Positions 20,962 to 31,707 are shown, counted from the first letter of the stretch. The stretch is 52,605 nt of DNA from Promethearchaeota archaeon (GCA_016840085.1 JAEOTA010000008.1:1-52605); one strand, 5' to 3'. The notes: generated by a model not told the origin, from the sequence alone. Translations and numbers: made by a program.

Positions 20962-21657
20962 ATGAATTTTGATTTTTATTTATTTGATTTAGATGGTACT
21001 TTGCTCCACCTTGGCAATATTAGGGCTTATGCAGAAAAAATCTTGGTGGAAACTTTAGATAGACTAAAAGCAAAATATCCTCCAATGAGGAATGAAAGAT
21101 TTAAACTTTGGACTTCTGAAGATGGTTATCTTAATGTTTTGGAAGAATGGGGGGTTGAAAAACCACAAAATTTTTGGAAATTTTTCGATGAAATCGATTT
21201 TAATAAGAGGAAAATTCTTATTAAAAAAAAGAAAGCTTTTTTATATCAAGATGTAAAGTATGTGTTAGAAAAACTTTACCATCATAAAGATAGCAAAAAA
21301 CTAGCAATTGTTACAAACACTGCCTATTATATATGTGAATATATTTTAAATAAATTTAATATCAGTAAATTTTTTCATGAAACCTTTAGTTTGGGTTATT
21401 ATCTTAATGATCAAAAATTAGCTAAACCATCTCCAAACGGAATTCTCACTATATTGGATAAATTTGAATATGATCCAAAAGAATCGAAAGCTATCTTAAT
21501 AGGAGATTCCAAATTGGATATAATTGCAGCCAAAAAAGCTAGCATTTATGCATGTTTAATAAGAAGAGATATAGATACACGTAATAGACATTATAAGAAT
21601 TGGGATATCCAACCCGATTTTGTTATAGAAGGATTAGAAGAACTTCTGTACTTATAA
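20962..21657 (+). CDS. HAD-superfamily hydrolase (phosphoglycolate phosphatase-like)
   Basis: FDLDGTL, IVTN, KPSP, IGDSKLD. Confidence 0.92.
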   Translation: MNFDFYLFDLDGTLLHLGNIRAYAEKILVETLDRLKAKYPPMRNERFKLWTSEDGYLNVLEEWGVEKPQNFWKFFDEIDFNKRKILIKKKKAFLYQDVKYVLEKLYHHKDSKKLAIVTNTAYYICEYILNKFNISKFFHETFSLGYYLNDQKLAKPSPNGILTILDKFEYDPKESKAILIGDSKLDIIAAKKASIYACLIRRDIDTRNRHYKNWDIQPDFVIEGLEELLYL

Positions 21658-21785
21658 TACTAAAAAGTTCAGAAATTATTTATCTAATCCCTCGAAGTTA
21701 ATGAAATAATACAAATTGAATGAATAATATTAAATAATCACACTGATTTTTATTTAATATTGAAAATCTTAAGAGACTAGTCCAA

Positions 21786-23513
21786 ATGTCGACAAAATTA
21801 GGAGAAGAAGATTTACTAAGGAAAAAAGTATGGAAAATCGTCAATCTAACTCAAGCAAATCAATTATTTGTACATTCTAAGGATTTAACTATTAAGCATT
21901 TTGATGAGAAAAGCAAAAAAGTAAAAACCCAAATTTTACCGAAAATATTATCTCTATGCGTATTAAATGCGTTAGTGCCTAATTCTGCGATGTTATTAAT
22001 TGGGGGTCATGGTGGAGGTAAAACAACACTAGTAAAATTATTAGGAAGGATGTTTACTGCCAATTCTCTTAACGAAATTGAGAACTCAATTATAAGAGGT
22101 CATCCTCAATTAACCGAAGAAAAACTTATAGGTACACTAAAACTTGGGAAATTGATGAAAGATGGTGAGGAAGAAGTTGTATGGCGACAATTTGTAACGA
22201 ACTTCTGGAAAATTATTGATGAAGTAAACCGTCTAACACCATATGCTCAGGATATATTACTCTCCCTGCTTGCTGAAGGCACTGTTAAATACTACGATAC
22301 AATAACTACAATAAATAAATATTGTTTATTTGCTACAATAAATCCTCATGATGTGGGTACTTTTGAATTATCTAAACCTTTTTTGGATAGATTTGGAATT
22401 TCTGTTCCGATTACGATGCCTGCGAGTCATGATTTGCAACTAATCTTAACAGGGAAAGATGAAAAGTACAGTGGACGAGATGAATTAACAGAAGTACCAA
22501 AAATTTTAACTATTGATGATCTGATGGAAGTATGGTATTATGTCAACAGAATGCCCTTCTCATCCGATGTAAACAATTATATTCATGCTATTATTAGAGA
22601 ATTTACATTATGTGCTAGAGTTGATAAGGGAAATACTGAAGATCTTAAACCAAGCACGGGTTTATGCTCAGGCTGTCATTTCAACACTGCTCAGAATATT
22701 TGTAATAAGATAGATTCAATATTAAGTGTAAGAGTAGCGAAGGATCTTCTTCGATACTCAAAAGCAGTTGCTTGGTTGTTAAATTTACCCATAGTTGACA
22801 TTAATGTTGTTAGTACTATTGCGAATTATGTTATTTCACACAGAACAGAATATGTCAAGAGAGAATTAGATAAATCTCCTTATTATGGGAATAAGTATGA
22901 ATTTTCTAAGAATATATTAAGTTTGGTTAAAAAACGGTTTAAAAACCGTGAAATTTGTTATGAAATTGCTGAAAGATTTCGGGAGGGAAATCCTAAAGAA
23001 ATTGATCTTACTGAATTAAAAAAATTTGAAAAGAATGATTTAATAGTTAAATTTGATTTAATCCCATTTGTAAAATCAGTTGATAATAAAACATATCCCC
23101 CTCTTGCTCAACAAATAAGTGAGGCTGCTAAAAAAGGAATTATCAATAAACTCGCTGAATTACGAAACCAATTAATGGAAAACATAGAGTTTCCAAATAG
23201 AGGAGATTTAATTGAATGGTGTAATCGAGAACTTTACAAACAAACAGTTACGGATTACATCATTAAATATTCATATTGGAAGGAAGTGTGGGCTGATGTT
23301 GCAGCTGAATTTCCAAATTTAGATCAACCTTTGAAAGAAGCATTTAACCAAAGACAAACAAAACAAATACGTACAGAAGATTTATTAATTGAAATTAATG
23401 TTACAGGAACCAAAGATGATTCGCTGGTAAATATTCAAATTTCAGGGGGATCAGAAGCTTTAAAATTAAAATATATTTTAGATAGTCTTGACTATATCCA
23501 GAAACAAGAGTAA
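21786..23513 (+). CDS. MoxR-like AAA+ ATPase
   Basis: Walker A GGHGGGKT, Walker B IIDEVNR, ATINP, FLDRF, SVR. Confidence 0.9.
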   Translation: MSTKLGEEDLLRKKVWKIVNLTQANQLFVHSKDLTIKHFDEKSKKVKTQILPKILSLCVLNALVPNSAMLLIGGHGGGKTTLVKLLGRMFTANSLNEIENSIIRGHPQLTEEKLIGTLKLGKLMKDGEEEVVWRQFVTNFWKIIDEVNRLTPYAQDILLSLLAEGTVKYYDTITTINKYCLFATINPHDVGTFELSKPFLDRFGISVPITMPASHDLQLILTGKDEKYSGRDELTEVPKILTIDDLMEVWYYVNRMPFSSDVNNYIHAIIREFTLCARVDKGNTEDLKPSTGLCSGCHFNTAQNICNKIDSILSVRVAKDLLRYSKAVAWLLNLPIVDINVVSTIANYVISHRTEYVKRELDKSPYYGNKYEFSKNILSLVKKRFKNREICYEIAERFREGNPKEIDLTELKKFEKNDLIVKFDLIPFVKSVDNKTYPPLAQQISEAAKKGIINKLAELRNQLMENIEFPNRGDLIEWCNRELYKQTVTDYIIKYSYWKEVWADVAAEFPNLDQPLKEAFNQRQTKQIRTEDLLIEINVTGTKDDSLVNIQISGGSEALKLKYILDSLDYIQKQE

Positions 23514-23530
23514 AAGGATTTATTAGAGTA

Positions 23531-25252
23531 ATGGTACAATCAAAAAGAAGAAGAAAATCGAAAGAGAAGAAGGAAGAATTAACATTAAAGCAAGAAAAAA
23601 TAATAGAATTAGCTAAGATTGCTTGGGCTAAAACTTTAAAAGAATTTTATTATCCTCCTCTAAACGATCCAAATTATATTTTTGATTATACTCATTTAGA
23701 AGGCTTTTATATCGATCCAGAACATAGATGGCAGATTACAATGAATTTAGCAAATACTCCATTGTTTAAAGATGATGAAGAATATGTTGATTATTTCCAT
23801 ATAATATCACTACATGAAGTTTCACATTATCAAATCATTCCATATGACGGTATTATTAATGCTAAATTACTTAGAGCCGCAATGACAAAAGTAAATCAAA
23901 ATTTTGCTCCTATTGTTGTTAACATATTTGCTGATCTGGTAATTGATACAATACTATACCAAAAATATCCTCAACTAATAATATGGGAGGTGAAAATTAC
24001 TTATGATTATATTAGAAATAAGGGATCAGTTAGTAATTTCACAAAATTTTTATTTAGGACTTATGAAAAAATGTGGAATCTAGATATTCTAAAAGACAAT
24101 TCACTTATAGAATTGGATCCCTTAGCAGAGAGAGTGACTAAAACAATATTAAAAGAATTTGAAGATGAATCAACGTGGGAAAAGAAAGTAGCACTGATAG
24201 CTGGTTATTTGAAAAATTTGATTAATGACACATTTACGTTAATAGGACCTGGTGGAATTTCTGACAAAGATAAAGAAAAAAGGAAGAGTCCTGGAGGAGC
24301 GATTGTAGAAATCCCTAAAGATGTTTTGGAAATTATGGAAAATCCGCTAGAAAACAAAAACTCTGATAAACTAAAAGAAGGTAATGAAGATGAATTAAGG
24401 CAAAAAGCAGAGGAGTTTGCGAAGGATATTCCTTACTCGGAATTTGGAGGTCCCGCTCGACAAGCAGGAATTCTAATCGATGGAAATCCATTATCTACTT
24501 GGTATAGAGGACTGGCAAAAAATCTTATCGAGATCAAAATCTTTGAAGAAAAACAAGGAGGTCAGTTGCCAGTTTATCCTGAAGTTTGGCGAATTGGAGA
24601 TAGAATGGAAGAGTTAGATATTGTACAAACTTTGTTAACTAACCCTGTAATCATTCCAAACATGACAACACGGAAATGGGCGTTTAGAGAAGGTTCTGGG
24701 CGCTTAGTAGAAAAAGAAATCCCAGATCTCTTAATTGTATTAGATTCTTCAGGTTCAATGGGTTGGAATTATACTTCAAGAACAAAAAGGGGAAAAGGAC
24801 CATATCATACAGCACTAGTAGCAGCATTTGCCTCTTTACATTATGCCGCAAGTAAGGGCGCTAAATTTAGCATAGTGAACTTTTCAAATAGAGCAGATGT
24901 TTGTCAATGGACCTCTGATTATAAAAAAGCTGAAAAAGTTTTATTAAGATATCAAGGAGGAGGAACATTTTTACCAATAAAAGAAATTGCTCAGCAGTGC
25001 GAAAAAGCAGATAGAAATGTGCTTGTATTTATCATTACTGATTTTGGTATTTATAATTGGAGTAAAGCTAAAAAAATTATGACAAACTTAGCTCAAAAAG
25101 GGCATAAAATAGTAGGATTTTTTATAGGGTCAAAGAGAATACCACAAGATAAATTTAAGAACTTGCTTGATAAAGTAACATTCTATGGTATAGGAAATCC
25201 TAAAGATTTAATTAATCTAGTTGTACAAGAAGTTAGAAAGTATTATTTATAA
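23531..25252 (+). CDS. vWA-domain protein with N-terminal HExxH motif
   Basis: MIDAS VLDSSGSM, GGGT, ITDFG; LHEVSH near N-terminus. Confidence 0.88.
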   Translation: MVQSKRRRKSKEKKEELTLKQEKIIELAKIAWAKTLKEFYYPPLNDPNYIFDYTHLEGFYIDPEHRWQITMNLANTPLFKDDEEYVDYFHIISLHEVSHYQIIPYDGIINAKLLRAAMTKVNQNFAPIVVNIFADLVIDTILYQKYPQLIIWEVKITYDYIRNKGSVSNFTKFLFRTYEKMWNLDILKDNSLIELDPLAERVTKTILKEFEDESTWEKKVALIAGYLKNLINDTFTLIGPGGISDKDKEKRKSPGGAIVEIPKDVLEIMENPLENKNSDKLKEGNEDELRQKAEEFAKDIPYSEFGGPARQAGILIDGNPLSTWYRGLAKNLIEIKIFEEKQGGQLPVYPEVWRIGDRMEELDIVQTLLTNPVIIPNMTTRKWAFREGSGRLVEKEIPDLLIVLDSSGSMGWNYTSRTKRGKGPYHTALVAAFASLHYAASKGAKFSIVNFSNRADVCQWTSDYKKAEKVLLRYQGGGTFLPIKEIAQQCEKADRNVLVFIITDFGIYNWSKAKKIMTNLAQKGHKIVGFFIGSKRIPQDKFKNLLDKVTFYGIGNPKDLINLVVQEVRKYYL

Positions 25253-25253
25253 T

Positions 25254-25718
25254 CTAAGGTTTGTTAATTTCACGTAAGTAAAGCTTCATAAAATAACGTT
25301 GACTTTGACAATAAAGAAGCTTATCCTTCTGTGTTAAATGTCTACATTTTAGTAATACATTTGAAATATCTGATAATAGTTTAAAATTGTCATACTTTGT
25401 CTTGTTGGGTATCTCTTCTACCCGTTGATTAAATGTATCATTAACTATTTTTATTTCATAGAACAAATCTTTAAGATTTAGAACAGGTTCTGAATCCTCT
25501 AATCTTAAATCCTTCATTGTTTTTATTTTTTCCTCACGGTTCATTAAATTATCATTAGTAAAATTTTCGGATTTGTTTTCAAAGAATTCATTGCAAATCC
25601 CTTTATGCCTATATCTACAATTATCGCAAGCACTAGAACCTCGAGCAGATATGATTCGACAAGTTTTAGGGGATTTTTTGAGAAAATGTTCCGATTCACT
25701 TAAATTTGAAATCATCAT
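25254..25718 (-). CDS. Hypothetical protein with Cys-rich N-terminus
   Basis: 154 aa; C-x9-CDNC-x7-C. Confidence 0.55.
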   Translation of the reverse strand: MMISNLSESEHFLKKSPKTCRIISARGSSACDNCRYRHKGICNEFFENKSENFTNDNLMNREEKIKTMKDLRLEDSEPVLNLKDLFYEIKIVNDTFNQRVEEIPNKTKYDNFKLLSDISNVLLKCRHLTQKDKLLYCQSQRYFMKLYLREINKP

Positions 25719-25905
25719 TTTCTTAGTTCTTAATTATTATTGGTTATAATTTTTATTGTATTTCTCTTAGACTTCTCCGATATTAGCAGAGAAATATCCA
25801 CATATATATTAAAAACATATAATTTTATCTTTTGAAAGTAAGTGATATCTTGGTAATATCCTCCATTAATTAAATATAGATTAGTTATTTAGAAGTTGAA
25901 AAATA

Positions 25906-27081
25906 ATGATAAAGTTTTCTTTTAATGATAAAATAATAGTAATGAGTAATATGGAGTTAAAAATGAACATTGAAGAAATAGAAGTATATAGAACATTACA
26001 GGAGCATCTTGATAAATTACCCATTGGTTTTCCTTCTACTAAATCTGGTGTTGACTTAAAACTTTTACAATATTTATTTACACCTGAAGAAGCGAAAGTA
26101 GCTACTAAGCTGAGTTTCACATACGAACCAATAATTGTGATATATAAGCGGATTAATGATCTTAATATTTCACTTGAAGATTTAGAAAAAATATTAGAGA
26201 ATAGTGTGAAAAAAGGGGCTATCCATTATAAAAAAAAAGGAGAGGAAAAACTTTATGCTAATGCGATGCTAATTATAGGCATTTTTGAGTATCAAGTGAA
26301 TAAGCTTACGATGGAATTTATGGATCTGATGAAACAATACGGACAGGAAGTGTTTGATGTTGAATTATTCCGTACCAAAATATCCCAGACTCGCGTTATT
26401 CCTGTGGAAAAAAGCATAACTCACGAGAATTCTGTATTGATTTATAATAATGGAAGAAATTTGATTGATAATGCAGAAGAGCCTATAGCTGTTGCAGAAT
26501 GTGTTTGTCGTCAAAAGCAAGATACTCGCAGAGAAAGAGACCCATGTAAACTTACAGACAGATATGAGACATGCATTGGATTTGGACCTATGGCACAGAT
26601 GTATATTGATCAAGGCTGGGCTCGTGAAATAACAAAAGAAGAAGCGTTAAAAATCTTGGATAAAAATGAAGAAACAGGGTTAGTACTGCAACCAGGTAAT
26701 GCTCAACGACCTAATTTCATATGTAGTTGTTGTGGATGTTGTTGTGGGATATTAAGAGACCTGAAAAAGATGAACAACCCAGCAAGACTCATAAAAACTA
26801 ATTATTATATCGAGATTGACTCTGAATTATGTAATGGTTGTGGAATATGTGTAGAACGCTGCCAAATGGATGCTTTAACTCTAGTTGATGATATCTCCAC
26901 TGTGAATCGAAAAAAGTGTTTAGGTTGTGGTCTTTGTGTTGTAACATGTTCTGCAGAAGCAATTAAATTAAAGAATAAGGAGAAAGAAATAACTCCACCT
27001 AAAACTACTGATGATTTAAATGCAATGATTTTGAATAAAAAAAAAGAATTAATTGAAAAATATAATAAATCAAGAGGTTAA
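25906..27081 (+). CDS. Multi-Fe-S protein with C-terminal 2x[4Fe-4S] ferredoxin domain
   Basis: CVCR, ICSCCGCCC, CNGCGICVERC, CLGCGLCVVTC. True start probably a downstream Met. Confidence 0.9.
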   Translation: MIKFSFNDKIIVMSNMELKMNIEEIEVYRTLQEHLDKLPIGFPSTKSGVDLKLLQYLFTPEEAKVATKLSFTYEPIIVIYKRINDLNISLEDLEKILENSVKKGAIHYKKKGEEKLYANAMLIIGIFEYQVNKLTMEFMDLMKQYGQEVFDVELFRTKISQTRVIPVEKSITHENSVLIYNNGRNLIDNAEEPIAVAECVCRQKQDTRRERDPCKLTDRYETCIGFGPMAQMYIDQGWAREITKEEALKILDKNEETGLVLQPGNAQRPNFICSCCGCCCGILRDLKKMNNPARLIKTNYYIEIDSELCNGCGICVERCQMDALTLVDDISTVNRKKCLGCGLCVVTCSAEAIKLKNKEKEITPPKTTDDLNAMILNKKKELIEKYNKSRG

Positions 27082-27107
27082 ATTAAAGGGACTTAATAGG
27101 TATAAAA

Positions 27108-27638
27108 TTAGAGTACAGCAAGTAAGTTATCAATATCAAGCCATCCTTTTAAAGCATGGATAATAATACCTTGCTCACTAATGACAAACTGACCAGGCCC
27201 TTGTTTTTCCCATCCTTCATACTCACCATGTTTAAAACCATATTTTTGAGCATCTTTTAATTTAGCAGGAATTTGTTGAACTGCTTCATTTGTCATTACT
27301 CCCAAGCCATATTTAGCATATAGATCGTCTTTAGAGCTTGGAATAACAGGAAAATCAATTTTTTCCTTTTCAATATACTTTTTTGCTACAACTTCTCCTG
27401 ATTGGGTAATATATAATATTTTAGCACCTTTTCCCTGAATTTCAGATTTTCTTTTCATAAGGGTATTGAGATCTACTAGACAAATTGGGCAACCAAAATA
27501 TCTTGAAAAAATTAAAACAATTTTTTGTTTTCCTAATAATTCTGCCAAATCAATTTCTCCCGCATTGAAGGATTCTAATTTAAATAACAGGGCTTTATCT
27601 CCTTCCTTTATATCTTTTTTTTCCATAATTTCCCACAT
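27108..27638 (-). CDS. Peroxiredoxin-like (AhpC/TSA) redoxin
   Basis: EGDKA..F.L, LIFSRYFGCPIC, QGPGQFVI. Confidence 0.85.
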   Translation of the reverse strand: MWEIMEKKDIKEGDKALLFKLESFNAGEIDLAELLGKQKIVLIFSRYFGCPICLVDLNTLMKRKSEIQGKGAKILYITQSGEVVAKKYIEKEKIDFPVIPSSKDDLYAKYGLGVMTNEAVQQIPAKLKDAQKYGFKHGEYEGWEKQGPGQFVISEQGIIIHALKGWLDIDNLLAVL

Positions 27639-27707
27639 TTCAAATATAATATTTTTTTAAATTTTTTTTTTCATAAAAAATTTATTGAAATTTTTTATTA
27701 ACTTACT

Positions 27708-28496
27708 TTATTCTTGTCTTTCTTCAACAGACATTACAACAAACCCAATCAAAATTGGAGTAAGTGAGAGTAAAAACAAAAAATACCAGATGAAATACAG
27801 GTAAATGACCTCTTGAAAGTGCCAAGGTGCCCATCCATGATAAGATACCATAAGAAGAAAAAATCCAACCCCTACTAATTTAGGTCCGGTTTCTTTAGCT
27901 TTGTACCCATAGTAAGCGAAAATATATGCCATAGTAAAGCAAATTGGAATCCAAATTGTATGAAGGAAAAGATACATAGTAACTTCAATTGGATTTTCAG
28001 AAGGAATAATGAATAAACCCAAAATCAGCCATAGAAAACCAAGAATAAGCGTTAAAAAGGTAGGAATTTTCTGTAACTTTTTATTTTCTGTTAGAATTAT
28101 TAAAATTCCATATAATATTCCTGCAGAAAAACAAGGCATTACCCATCTCCAAGCAAAAAAATGCAGTGGGGACAAATTCTCATTTGCAATGGGAAATCCT
28201 AAAGCTCTAAATATATGGGCTAAAAAAGTTATACTATACACAAAAAAAGAAATACTCCAAATAATTAAAGAAGGATTAATTCTATTTGTTCTGAACCACC
28301 TTATTAATAAATATCCTCCTATTGTCCATAATAATATTGTACTATTTAAACCAAGACCAAATAAAAAGAAACTTGATTCCAAGACAAGAATAGGTGCCCC
28401 ATGAGGTAGGTAAATTAACACATAAGTAGAAATGATAGAAATAAGTATAAGTCCTGCAATATAAAGTAAATGAGTTTTTTCCATAGGAATTACCAT
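27708..28496 (-). CDS. Integral membrane protein (about 8 TM)
   Basis: Alternating hydrophobic segments and short loops. Confidence 0.8.
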   Translation of the reverse strand: MVIPMEKTHLLYIAGLILISIISTYVLIYLPHGAPILVLESSFFLFGLGLNSTILLWTIGGYLLIRWFRTNRINPSLIIWSISFFVYSITFLAHIFRALGFPIANENLSPLHFFAWRWVMPCFSAGILYGILIILTENKKLQKIPTFLTLILGFLWLILGLFIIPSENPIEVTMYLFLHTIWIPICFTMAYIFAYYGYKAKETGPKLVGVGFFLLMVSYHGWAPWHFQEVIYLYFIWYFLFLLSLTPILIGFVVMSVEERQE

Positions 28497-28990
28497 TCAA
28501 ATTTTTTAAATTTCTTTACAATTTTCTCGTTCTCAATTTTACTTTTTAACTTGTCTTCTAAATGATTATAACAGTCTACTAGAATATTGTGTAATTCCTC
28601 TTTTTTTGAATCGATCTCAGGATCCTCCTCTTTTAAAAAACCCTTTGTATAAAAACTCTTTTATATATTTACTGTTGACACTATCTTATAGGAATAATCT
28701 TTCAATATATCGTAAAATAATTCACTTTTGTGATTTTTATCTGTTATTACTGAAAACATTACCATTTCTTTATTCCCACGAGCCCAACATGATGTAAGTT
28801 CGAAATATAAGTTTGTCAATTTTAGATCTTCTTCGATTAAAGACACTTCGAAAAATTGATCTGTCATATCCAAATCAAAAAATCCTAACATTTTTTTACT
28901 AATTTTTTCTAAAACTGGATTTGGATAAGAAAAGAAGATTTCTGGTCCCATTATTGAATTAAAATACAATAAAGCTAATTGTATTATATT
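28490..28990 (-). pseudogene. Longin/uDENN-like protein gene interrupted by one in-frame TAA
   Basis: IIQLALLYFNSIMGPEIFFSYP...ARGNKEMVMFSVI; after TAA (28661-28663) the same frame continues KSFYTKGFLKEEDPEIDSKKEELHNILVDCYNHLEDKLKSKIENEKIVKKFKKFEW* to 28490. Start uncertain. Confidence 0.65.
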
Positions 28991-29040
28991 GATACGATTA
29001 ACTTTTATTATTTAATTTATTATTTATCTCGCTAATTATT

Positions 29041-29685
29041 TTAATAATTCTTCTCGATCCAATCTTCAAATTTAATTTTTCTAAGTTGTTCTGCCCATAA
29101 TACTTTTATATTAGGTTTGTCAGGAATTAATTTTTCACTTTTAAGAACCTCATACAATTTCTCAACAGATTTTTCAATCAATACTTCAAATATCACTCCC
29201 TTATCTTTAATCTCTCTAATTTTGTCCTGTATTTGATCCTTTAATTGTTGAATAATCTTAATCCAATTTTCTGTAAATTTCACAATATATTCTTCAAGTT
29301 TAACTGATTCTTCAATCGACAATATTGGAATGGTTAACTGATATTTATTATTACTTAATTTGATTAGATTATACCATTCCAAATTCATAAGATGATTTTG
29401 AACTGTCTCTTTTGTCCATTGGTAAGAAATCTTACAATCATATTCTTCTTTTGTAATTAATAAGGGTTTAGGTGAGAAATTAATCTTCTGATAGAGCTCT
29501 TGAAAGGTTTTTGGACCTTTAATAAGCTTAATTAGGATTTCCCGTCTTACTTTATTATCTAAAATCCATGGAATTTCAGGGTCATCCCAGGGTTTCGCAG
29601 TAGCAAAATCAAACCAAGGTTGTATTTCATCTACATTTATTTTTCCTACAAATCTATAATCATGATATTTAGTTATTTCCTTCAT
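29041..29685 (-). CDS. Winged-helix (ArsR-like) domain protein
   Basis: LDNKVRREILIKLIKGPKTFQEL...TVQNHLMNLEWYNLIK with an insertion inside the HTH. Confidence 0.7.
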   Translation of the reverse strand: MKEITKYHDYRFVGKINVDEIQPWFDFATAKPWDDPEIPWILDNKVRREILIKLIKGPKTFQELYQKINFSPKPLLITKEEYDCKISYQWTKETVQNHLMNLEWYNLIKLSNNKYQLTIPILSIEESVKLEEYIVKFTENWIKIIQQLKDQIQDKIREIKDKGVIFEVLIEKSVEKLYEVLKSEKLIPDKPNIKVLWAEQLRKIKFEDWIEKNY

Positions 29686-29715
29686 TTTCTTTTCCCCTTT
29701 TCAATCGATTTTTAT

Positions 29716-30690
29716 TTACTTTATTAATTGTTCTTCTTGAAGCATTGCTTCAATGAGAATTTGAGTAGCTTCTTCTTCAGTTAAACCTTTAGCTTGGAGT
29801 TCGTCAAGCCATTTTTGTGGAAATCTTCCTAAAGATGCTTCATGTGACACACTTGATGTAGGATCAATTGCCCTAATAAAAGGGCGTGCTCTACATATGG
29901 AACCTTTTCCTAGTACAATTTCACTGCATTCTACATGTCCATTACATCGTGGAGCATTTCCTTCAGTAACTCCATACATTAAAACTTCACCACCATCTTT
30001 TGCTGCTGCTTTCATTTTAATTACGCTCCTCGCATTTTCTCCCTCAAGAAAAACAGAATCGCGAATTCTAATAGAATCTTTCTTGCATTTTCCAAACGCT
30101 CTAATATTAGATTTAATCACACTATTTTTCATTGCATAAATATCAATCATGATTTTTACTTGTCCAGGTGTTCCTCTTGTAAGATTAAAATTATTTTCAA
30201 AAACACTATTCTCACCAACATACATATAGCCAACTGGTGCAACCAAGGCTCCTGAATTTTCACCATGATAATGAGTCTCACTGTAAGTAAAATTACAATT
30301 CTTTCCAATATAAAAATGCCCAAACATTTTATGAATAAGTCCATTTGCTTTTGGAAAGCTACAATGTGCTTGCACAGTCACATCTGTATTATCTTCAGCA
30401 ATAATTCTTGGAAAAATTTCTTGAACTCCAGTTTCTTTATTTACGCCAAAACACAAATGAACTGGTTCTTCAATTTTAGTTCCTTCTTTTATTATAATAT
30501 CTGCTACTATTCCATTTTCAATCTCTCTTCCTTTTAATATAACACCATCTACTTGCTCCATTCCACTAATCTTATTAAAATTTAAAAGAAGTTTAGCACC
30601 TTTCCCGTGACCAGGCATGAAATCTCTAATATCAATGTTATAGTCTTCAAGACTTTCTAATATTTCCTCTGGATATTCAATCTTACTCAT
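29716..30690 (-). CDS. SufB/SufD-family Fe-S scaffold (SmsB-type)
   Basis: PVHLCFG, AHCSFP, YSETHYHG, GHVECSEIV, VSHEASLG, KGLTEEEA. Confidence 0.92.
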   Translation of the reverse strand: MSKIEYPEEILESLEDYNIDIRDFMPGHGKGAKLLLNFNKISGMEQVDGVILKGREIENGIVADIIIKEGTKIEEPVHLCFGVNKETGVQEIFPRIIAEDNTDVTVQAHCSFPKANGLIHKMFGHFYIGKNCNFTYSETHYHGENSGALVAPVGYMYVGENSVFENNFNLTRGTPGQVKIMIDIYAMKNSVIKSNIRAFGKCKKDSIRIRDSVFLEGENARSVIKMKAAAKDGGEVLMYGVTEGNAPRCNGHVECSEIVLGKGSICRARPFIRAIDPTSSVSHEASLGRFPQKWLDELQAKGLTEEEATQILIEAMLQEEQLIK

Positions 30691-31484
30691 GAATTGTTCT
30701 CCTCCTCAAAAATTCTGTTGATATAATCTTCATCAAAGCAAAATCCTTCCTGTTGGAACAGTTTTCGGTGACAAAACTCTTTTAATCCTGCCTTAGCACA
30801 ATATCTTAACATGACATTCGGGAATACATCTGTTAATAAAGAATCACCTCTCCATATAAGAGTCCCGTAATCTGCTATCATTCCAATATCTTCTCTATGA
30901 GTAATCAGTAAAATTGTCATATTCAATTTTTTAATTTTTTCAAATATATTCATAAAATCCTCAATTACAATAAAATCTAAACCAGAATCTGGTTCATCTA
31001 AGAGTATTAATCTAGGTCTCATAGCAATTGTTGCGGCTAATTCTACTCTTTTTCTCTCACCTCCACTCAACGACTCATCTATAGTTCGATTTAAATATCT
31101 TTCTGGTTCCAGATTTACAATTTTAAGAGCTTCAATAACTTTATCCTTGAGTTTTGCTTTATCCTTAATACCAAGAGAGACATATTTATACACAGACAAG
31201 CCCTCAATTCTTGCTGGTTCTTGCCAGGCCAATGTAATTCCCAACTTCGCTCTTTCTGTGATACTCATTTCAGTAATATCAATCCCCTCAAAATAAATCT
31301 TGCCTCCAGAGGGTTTATAATTATCTAAACCCATTATAGTATATGCCAGTGTTGATTTTCCGCTTCCATTAGGTCCTATAATTGCGTGTATTGAACCCTC
31401 CTTGACACCAAATGATACATTATTCACAATTACACATTTTTGGTCCATTGTTGGAATGGTAAGATCTTTAACTTCTAAAATCAA
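30687..31484 (-). CDS. sufC: SufC-like ABC ATPase (SmsC-type)
   Basis: GPNGSGKSTLA, LAWQEP, LSGGERKRVELA, DEPDSGLD; Cys-containing tail; 4-nt overlap with the sufB-like gene. Confidence 0.9.
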   Translation of the reverse strand: MILEVKDLTIPTMDQKCVIVNNVSFGVKEGSIHAIIGPNGSGKSTLAYTIMGLDNYKPSGGKIYFEGIDITEMSITERAKLGITLAWQEPARIEGLSVYKYVSLGIKDKAKLKDKVIEALKIVNLEPERYLNRTIDESLSGGERKRVELAATIAMRPRLILLDEPDSGLDFIVIEDFMNIFEKIKKLNMTILLITHREDIGMIADYGTLIWRGDSLLTDVFPNVMLRYCAKAGLKEFCHRKLFQQEGFCFDEDYINRIFEEENNS

Positions 31485-31707
31485 TTATATCACTAAACTT
31501 ATTTTCTTATAAATAGAAAACTCAACATAGGTATTAAAACATTTTTTTATTAAGACATAAATTATCTCTAAATTCAAATTATTAGGGAATAAATGATATT
31601 AACTCTATACATGAATTATAGTGAATAACTTAAAAAAGACATTTCATATTATATATCTTAAATACCAATTATACATAATTAAAATAATACTCAAAAAAGT
31701 GAGAATA

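Noticed and set aside
27108-27638. Selenoprotein peroxiredoxin
   Set aside because: Active site is CPIC with no in-frame TGA. No TGA read-through candidate was noticed elsewhere in the window.
27708-28496. Possible rhodopsin or heliorhodopsin (multi-TM, FAWRWV)
   Set aside because: No retinal-binding Lys in the last helix and no acidic counter-ion motif after RW.
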